Below, piece by piece: positions 55,492 to 64,000 of a DNA stretch of 64,000 nt. How positions within the stretch are numbered: the first letter of the stretch is position 1; each line of letters starts with the position of its first letter. Below the pieces are notes generated by a model. That model did not search any database, had not been told where the DNA came from, and saw only the letters and a list, made by a program, of their open reading frames with translations. The translations under genes and the position numbers were made by a program. The stretch is taken from assembly GCA_951406725.2 (NCBI GenBank), contig OX597815.1, positions 196,478,001 to 196,542,000 on the forward strand, given 5' to 3'. This DNA comes from Octopus vulgaris (Eukaryota).

Positions 55492-57569
55492 ATTACACTG
55501 ACAGGTGATTGGCACGAGTTCTTTTGTTGTGCTGAATTTCTGATTGGACGTACTATTCCTGCACGGTCTAAGTTAAAACAAAAATTTCGATTATTACATA
55601 TTGTTTAATAGAGTCATAATTATTGTGCTTGACACATGTACGTGTTATCTTCTGAATGAGTGTACGCATGTCTATGAGTATTTATATAGATAAATAACAA
55701 CATACACACACGCACACAAACACACACACACACGCACACGCACACAAATATGTGTATGCTTGTAACTGTAAAATTTTGTGAAGATTTTCAACTTCAATAA
55801 TATACTGTGTGTAAGTGAGTGTGCTTGCATATGTATGTATGTTTGTATATATGCATGCATGTATGTATGAATACACACATGTATGTGTGTCTCTTCAGTA
55901 TTCAATCATTTGAATTCTTACTCTGAAAAAAGAGCTGGTTTCTGACAAAGACTCAGAGCTCCATCATTGCAATGTATATAACGAAAACAATATCAGATTT
56001 TTAATGCAAGCATTCTCACTTGCGCATACTCACACAAAAACATAGTATTTTATTGTAATTGGAAATCTCCACAAGATTTTACTCAGTGTTCCATGTAGCT
56101 TTGAAAGCACGGTCAACGTTTTACTTATAGATATTTAAATAATTATGTACTCTAATAAATAGACGAATTTTCTTCTAGGTTATATTATTCTATAGACTCC
56201 TTTCGAAAATGTAATGTATATGTATATCCAAATGCTAAAATTTTACTTTCAATTAACTATTTGTACCGTTTTCTGGCTACATATTGTTTTATGCCTATTC
56301 GATGAAATACTTTTAGAATTTTCATTCCAGACTGAACCGTTAAATCACCCTTTATTTATCGTACTTAAATCGCAAGACGATTTATTAAATCATATAAGTT
56401 GTATATATTTACGAAATTTTGCATCTTGAGCCGTAATGCGTGCCCCTAACGTTTAAACCCCACAATATTGGAAAGTAACTTTTCAGACCCATGATCAACA
56501 TACATGAACATGGGAGTTATATCAATCCAAAAATCTGCTAGAACTTAAAACTACGTAATATTTACTGGCAATGGGACTGTTAAACTTATAAGTACATACA
56601 GTGTCATGAATTTAACAATCACTCACAAAATGGCGTCTAAATTTCTATTGAAAAGTTTAAACTTTGCATTATAGTTACTCGCGACGCTTACTTTCATATT
56701 CTTCCTCCTAAATACTATTTTAGTATCGGAATTGTGCGAAAATATCCTTTAGCAGTATTTCTTTTAAACAACTTAATATAACATTGATCTAGGAAAATGC
56801 TTCTTCATTGAAGATAAGAAAATTCTCGTCAAAGGTGTTACCACTCCCGTAATGCATTATAGAATAAAACATGACAAGAGCTAATCATCTTAATTCGAGC
56901 CTCGTTTTCAACAGCATACAGCTTCTCTTTAAAAGCACTGGTCAAAAACTTCCGACTGTCTGATGAAAAATAGTTCGCTATAAATAATTCCTAATTTTAA
57001 AAAAATAAGTAAACTCAACTATATTTTAAACAATTTTAACAAGCTTGGAGAATTCAGGATATTAATAATTTAATGAAGGTCAAATTACGTTTGCTGAATG
57101 CGTAAACGAGTTCAAAAAAGAAACTCAGAGACATTATATGAAAAGGCAAGTAGAATAGCCAATGGGCTTGTTAAAAAAATTATAGCGACAGAAGCAGTAT
57201 TAATACCAAATTGTAATATATATATATCCCACGTAAAAACATAAAAGCGAATGTTGTGTTAGAATGGAGAATAATAAGCCCATTGGCGGTGTGCGACATC
57301 ATTGCTTAATGAGATTGTATTTATATCGCTGGCAGGGAAATCGAAGCATCTCTAGGTTTCGGGCATCTACCATTGATATAGCAAAAGAAGACTAAAATCA
57401 CGTGATCTTGTAGTCCTGTAGGCGCCGATTGAGGTCGATTATCTCCCGGGAGTCATGTAAACTCGAGTGCTTGTATGCATCATAAGTCCATTTGAGAGAC
57501 TCTCTTACTGTAACTATTGCAGTATTCTGTTTTTCAACAAAACATCCATTTTTACGCGCGGATCTATCA

Positions 57570-57627
<58 letters not shown>

Positions 57628-57726
57628 TTATAGACAGATACATGTTTATGTATTTATACATATACATGTACATATATATATATATATGAGTATATGTACA
57701 TATGTGTAGGTATTAATGCATAAGTT

Positions 57727-58053
<327 letters not shown>

Positions 58054-59204
58054 AAGAGAAGGATTATTGATTTTGATTCACCAAAGACTCCCTGCTCTTT
58101 TAGTAGCTCGTCGGTAACAAGATTTTGAATGTTTAAAATGTTGGGAAATAATACGACTCGTAACATATGAAATTATTTCTCCAGGATATGTTACGCCAAA
58201 GAACTAGAGAGAGATCGGTTAGTGAAACGTGTTCATTAACTGTTAGATGAATATGTGCATTCAATATTATACTTTTCATCTCTATATCATTGTCAAATTT
58301 CACAAACATACTTTCTAGATGGGAAATAGACAAGCATCATATATTTAAACACATATTTCAGTGTCTGTTTATGTGTATATATGTCGGTGCGTATGTATGT
58401 ATGTATGTACGTTTGTAGGATTGTGTGTATGTATAGAACCTGCGAATTGTTGTACAGATTGTTTAAACTAATAAAGAAAGTAGTTAGAAGCTGAAGAAAA
58501 ATAAAACACACAGACACACACGTACACAGACACACACGTACACAGACGCACATACATGCACACACACAGACACGCGTATTGTTATTTTTCATATTGATTT
58601 TGCACTTTCGTTGCATTTCGAATTTTTAAAAAATTGTTATATGTTAAATAAATTGCTTCCTTTGTGTATGTGATGGATGTAACCTGTCAGTTGAAGACTG
58701 CCAGGAATTTAAATACTTTTGATAATTTCGTTTGCTTGTGTCTGGGAATTGGACATAAGATATAGAAAAGAACTTTAGCTGATATTTATAAATAGACTGG
58801 ATGTTTAAATACAAAGTAGTGAGGTGGGGAAATAGAAGAAAAAGAGACAAAGTAAGCGTCACACTGTTTGTAGGTGTTACAGAAGATTTCCGAAGACCAC
58901 AACCAGCGCTGCTGAACATTCCGAATAGTATAACAAACATAAAAAAAGGCACGACACTACATTAGACAAGAACAGTTGAAAATAGTCTACGTTGACCTAA
59001 CACTTACTTACAAAGTAACGACATGAATTCTAGACAGAGAATAAGAGAGCACAATATGATAAATCCTACATTTTCATGGAAATCATACTACAAGACCTTA
59101 GACCTGATGACACCAAGATTTCGAATGACGCACTATTTTCAAAGCGTGGTAATCGAATTATGTGTTGTATAATTTATTAGTATAATTTCAATAGATGCAA
59201 TACC

Positions 59205-59437
59205 TATTTCTTTATTACCCACAAAGGGCTCAACACAGAGAGGACAAACGAGGATAGACAAACGGATTAAGTCGATTATATCGGCCCCAGTGCGTAACTG
59301 GTACTTATTTAATCGACCCCGAAAGGATGAAAGGCAAAGTCGACCTCGGCGGAATTTGAACTCAGAACGTAGCAGCAAGCAAAATACTGCTAAGCATTTT
59401 GCCTGTCGTGCTGACGTTTCTGCCAGTTCGCCGCCTT
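59205..59437 (-). mobile_element. SINE family B (tail type 1)
   Basis: Direct repeat tttcaatagatgcaatacc at 59186-59204 and 59436-59454. Confidence 0.93.
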
Positions 59438-61288
59438 TCAATAGATGCAATACCGATTGATGAAGCCACATTCATCAAAACACTAGTAATAACGGTATCG
59501 TAGTGTGTCTATATGAACATCTCAGCACCTTCAACGGATGCTTAGTTCAAGAAATATGCTTCCATGGAAGGTACCAACGGCAAAACATTTTTTTCATAAA
59601 TACTTTTAATCCAAAGTCGATAAATTATATAAGTGGAGTTGTAAATTGTGGAAATTTAGACTCGAACTTGCCTCTGAGATTTACTTTCTTGAAGTAATCC
59701 GTCATTCTACATTGTTAACATTGACATTAATATTTACTATAAGCTCCGAACGTTATACAAAATTGCAAATCGATTAACGAACCATTTTATTGAATATTGT
59801 AAAATAATTATTTATAAAATAAACGTTACTATAATCGTTTTATCTTGATGATATTGAATTCTTCTTTCATGTAACTCCTATTTCTAAAAAGAACACAAAG
59901 CATCTCAATGGGGAATAGTTTTCCAGCGATTATTCGATGAACACAGCACTTGACACGTACTTGCTCTTTATCGACCATCTCAGAAAGAAATATGTAACGT
60001 CAATTTGCGTTGTAATTTTCAAATCAAAATTTATAACTATGCAGATAAAAGTGGCAACGCATTTGATCCAACGTGTTTTGATGTCAAATTATTTGGGAAT
60101 AAGACTAGAAAGTAAGGGTTTTGTCTTAACAAAATTCAATATCTAATTTCTGTTCTTTAACTTCTAAACTCAAATGACGTAGAAACAAAATACAGCTTCA
60201 ACAAGAATAGTCTCGATAATATATAAATCAGGTCTGTTTATAAGGATTGCCCAATAGTATAAGACTTTCCTACATAGGTATATTTCATGAAATACAAGAA
60301 AAAGAAATAAAATGAAATTATATGGAATCATCGATACAAGGAAAATACTGGGACAAAAATCATTCAGTGAAATTTTAAGAAAAACTACGTAATACAAATG
60401 ATTTGCCTGTGTGAGCAATTTCACTGTTTACCGTTGTACCTAAGCTTTGAATGTGTAAGAATTTTTACAGACCATTTTTTATTCAACAAAACTGTGAGCT
60501 GTATCAAATCAACATCTTCCTCGCAAAGCGCTGACACATATTTCAGCTTGTATTGATATAATTTAATTTGAGGATATATATAATAGGAGAAGCAGTTGCT
60601 CCATGGTAAAAGGAAATTGAGAAAATATGAAGAAACAGAAAACAATATCTTGCATTAATAATTTCCCTGAGTATTCTTTCACTATATACATCGAAATTAT
60701 TGAATGATTAAGAGAATGGATACATTGAGAGTTTAAAACAATTGATAGCAATATTATAATATATGCTAAAATATAAAAACATCTTTTAATTCTGGCACAC
60801 ATTTAGATCAATTATGTAAAACCTATATGTCTGATAAAATCCACGACGAACATCCTGACTTAATAATAGTTATGTGAAGGGCGAGAGGTGAGTATAGACT
60901 ATACATTATAATCATTTGTGGAACTGTACAACTACACAGGAAACCAACCATTTCCAATCTTAGATTAGAAATTATCATCAAAGCCAAATTCTGAATCAGC
61001 GTATTTGACCGGAAATTAGAGCCAGTACAAAATTGTTAAATAGAAGAAAGAAAAATATATTCAGATACTGGAGACGGATGACGAAGGAAAATGAATTTGA
61101 CTCATTGAGAGTTACATATTGTATACAATTTCCTTTCATGTTTACATTGGAGACAATCGATACCATTCAGTTTATTTGATTATATTTTGGTTTGTTATGT
61201 AGTAAAATTCGAGTTGCATTTTCATACAATAGATCTATTTATACGAATATTATATGTCTGTCTGCCTATGTATATTTGTATATATATA

Positions 61289-61700
61289 GGCGCAGGAGTG
61301 GCTGTGTGGTAAGTAGCTTGCTAACCAACCACATGGTTCCGGGTTCAGTCTCACTGCGTGGCATCTTGGGCAAGTGTCTTCTGCTATAGATCCGGGCCGA
61401 CCAATGCCTTGTGAGTGGATTTGGTAGACGGAAACTGAAAGAAGCCTGTCGTATATATGTATATATATATATATATGTGTGTGTATATGTTTGTGTGCCT
61501 GTGTTTGTCACCCCAGCATTGCTTGAAAACCGATGCTGATGTGTTTGCGTCCCCGTAACCTAGCGGTTCGGCAAAAAGAGACCGATAGAATAAGTACTGG
61601 GCTTACAAAGAATAAGTACCGGGGTCGATTTGCTCGACTAAAGGCGGTGCTGCAGCATGGCCGCAGTAAAATGACTGAAACAAGTAAAGGAGTGAAAGAG
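61289..61700 (+). mobile_element. SINE family A
   Basis: Full family A match. Confidence 0.92.
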
Positions 61701-61881
61701 TATATATGAATGCATGTGTATGCATGTATAAATGTATGTTTGTGTCTGCGTGTGTGTATATATGTATATATACTACGTATGCAAAGATAGGTAGATAGTT
61801 ATTTGTGGAATTAGTGTCATCAATAGTAGCTACGAACAAATAAACGACAGATGACTTTGAAACAATAAGAATTAATATTTA

Positions 61882-63148
61882 CGATGGTTGACTGAAAAGT
61901 TCATAGGCTGACAAATATACTCTCGTGTAATGTGACCAAACGAGGGTTCTTTTTCAACATAGTCCCTCTTGCAGTCCAAACACTTCTTTTATCAGTCATG
62001 CAGTGCTTGGATCCCATTCGAGAAGAAGGTTTCATCTTGCTAGGCAAAAGAGTCATCGACAGCACATGTGACGTCATCATCTCTGCGATACTAGTTTTTC
62101 AGGCAAGTGTTTTCACATGTTCGGAAACGGGTGATAATTAGATGAGGCCTAATCAGGAGAGTAGGGAGGATGATCAATCAGCAGGTATTGAAACCACGCA
62201 CATTAGCTACCGAAACCAAAGACTAGTGTGCTGGAGCATTGTCCTGATGAAGCAATAAACCTTTTGTCGATTTTCTGGGTGTTTGATCTTGAGAGTATTT
62301 TGCAACTACCTTCAGAAGCTGACATAGTACTCTCCATTGATGGTATGGCCCATTGAAGACAGTTAATAGGGGCAATTCCTTTTGCATCCCCAAAATCTGA
62401 GGCCATCAATTTCCCTGCATATGAAAGACCACGGCTTTCTTTGGAGCAAGTCAAGAGAGGAGTTTCCACAGCGCATATTTTCTCATTGTCTCTGGCTCAA
62501 ATTGGTGAACCTTACACTCATCCTGGCTTCGGAAATATTGAAGGAAACCAGCTGGGCCGGCCTCAAAAAATATCAGATTTTCCTGTGATGGGATCAGATT
62601 AGTGTGCGTTTGATCTGGTGTTAAAAGACGTGGGACCCACTGAAACCTTGGTCACAGAAGACGTGGCGCCCACCGAAATCTTCGTGATGCCATGTTGATT
62701 GTGCAGATTATTCTAAATTCTCCCACGAGATAGATAATAACATTGGATATATGATTTATTATCAATCACTGGTCATCCAGTGGAGGGAATTACTGGACTT
62801 CCAGATCATTAACCATCTTCAAGACTCACCCTTCCCCTCCTAAATTCAGCTGCCCATTATTTACCTGCTGATCCTCCTCTTGTAACAACCATTTCAGTAT
62901 GAATGTCGTTGGGGTTAAACCCTTTTTCTGCAGATACTTAATAACTCCATGATGCCAAATTATGTCCATTTTCAAGAGAATTCGCTACTAATTACTCTTG
63001 AAGACGTTGAACAATAACATGTCAATTTACCTGGAAGGGAAAAATGCATTAATTAATAAAATGCGTTGAAATTAATGCATGCAACGCTTTACATATCTCG
63101 CATTACTTGTTCATAGTCAGCCAATGAACAACTCTACCCAACCTATTA
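61882..63148 (-). mobile_element. Mariner transposon, near full length, decayed
   Basis: TA+cgatggttgactgaaaagttcataggctgac TIR with degenerate partner near 63117-63148; AGKLMAS..DAKGI, HQDNAP, WVP and DYVEK motifs. Confidence 0.85.
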
Positions 63149-63209
63149 CTTATGGTATATTTACAAAGAACATTGGACTTCTGTTTTCCATTTTCCAAAT
63201 CTGTGACTA

Positions 63210-63267
<58 letters not shown>

Positions 63268-63277
63268 ATATATATAT

Positions 63278-63337
<60 letters not shown>

Positions 63338-63361
63338 GTAGATAGATATGTGTATGTATGC

Positions 63362-63421
<60 letters not shown>

Positions 63422-63444
63422 ATATATATATTATTTTTATTTTA

Positions 63445-63667
63445 TTTATTTTATCTAGTTTCAGCTCAGGAGCTGTGGCCATGCTTGGGCACCGCCATTT
63501 GGTGTTGCTACAAGGTTTTTACTTCACGAATGCTTTTTAGCAATTGCCATTTGGTGACCGATGCAGCTGCCCTCATCTGAACCTCCTGCCGGGAAGTTGG
63601 TTCATCTGGGACACCCGACAGGAAGAGGTCCAGTTTTGTTTTAAAGACATCCGCATCCACCCCATGT
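63445..63667 (-). mobile_element. 3' end of the same CR1/L2-group LINE family as 20164-22105
   Basis: Reverse complement matches ~21870-22090. Confidence 0.92.
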
Positions 63668-63825
63668 ATGTATATATACATATATATGTATTTATATATA
63701 TATATGTAGATATATATGTATGTTTATGTATATATATGTATATATGTATATATATATGTATATATGTATGTATATATATATATGTATATATATATATATG
63801 TCATATATATAGATATATATATATA

Positions 63826-64000
63826 TCACGTGATCACGTGACCGACCAGACCATCAGATGTTGTTACACATCGCTGGTCACAATGCGTTCGCATTGTTTT
63901 AGCCTTCGAATTTCGCCACCCCGCTGGCTAAGCGAGCAGGCCAATAGAAGAAAGAGTGAGAGAAAATTGTGGCGAAAGAGTACAGCAGGGATCGCCACCA
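63826..64000 (-). mobile_element. SINE variant D (family C central domain, different tail), cut by window edge
   Basis: 63945-64000 matches family C 1021-1075; 63826-63944 matches 32061-32180. Confidence 0.85.

Overview
AT-rich, microsatellite-dense animal genomic DNA, most likely octopus/coleoid cephalopod (inferred from the tRNA-derived SINE families and repeat density; not provable here). No intact cellular gene is evident, and most listed ORFs are microsatellite artefacts. The window is a mosaic of mobile elements: four tRNA-headed SINE families (about 30 copies or fragments, labelled A, B, C/D, F here), near-intact CR1/L2-group and RTE LINE ORF2 pieces, Tx1/L1, HERO-like and R4/NeSL-like LINE fragments, Tc1/mariner remnants, three non-autonomous Helitrons, a fold-back MITE carrying telomere-type repeats, and several Penelope-like (PLE) remnants. 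The most interesting hidden layer is RNA structure: about ten minimal type-I hammerhead-ribozyme-like motifs, several with non-canonical cores. Some lie in short fold-back mini-elements whose + strand arm has lost the ribozyme's stem II. Also seen: a PLE pseudo-LTR with a tRNA-like segment, a SINE/LINE pair sharing a covarying 3' hairpin, and possible collinear exon relics of a decayed tyrosine-kinase-like gene on the + strand. All family and ribozyme calls were made by eye, without database searches.
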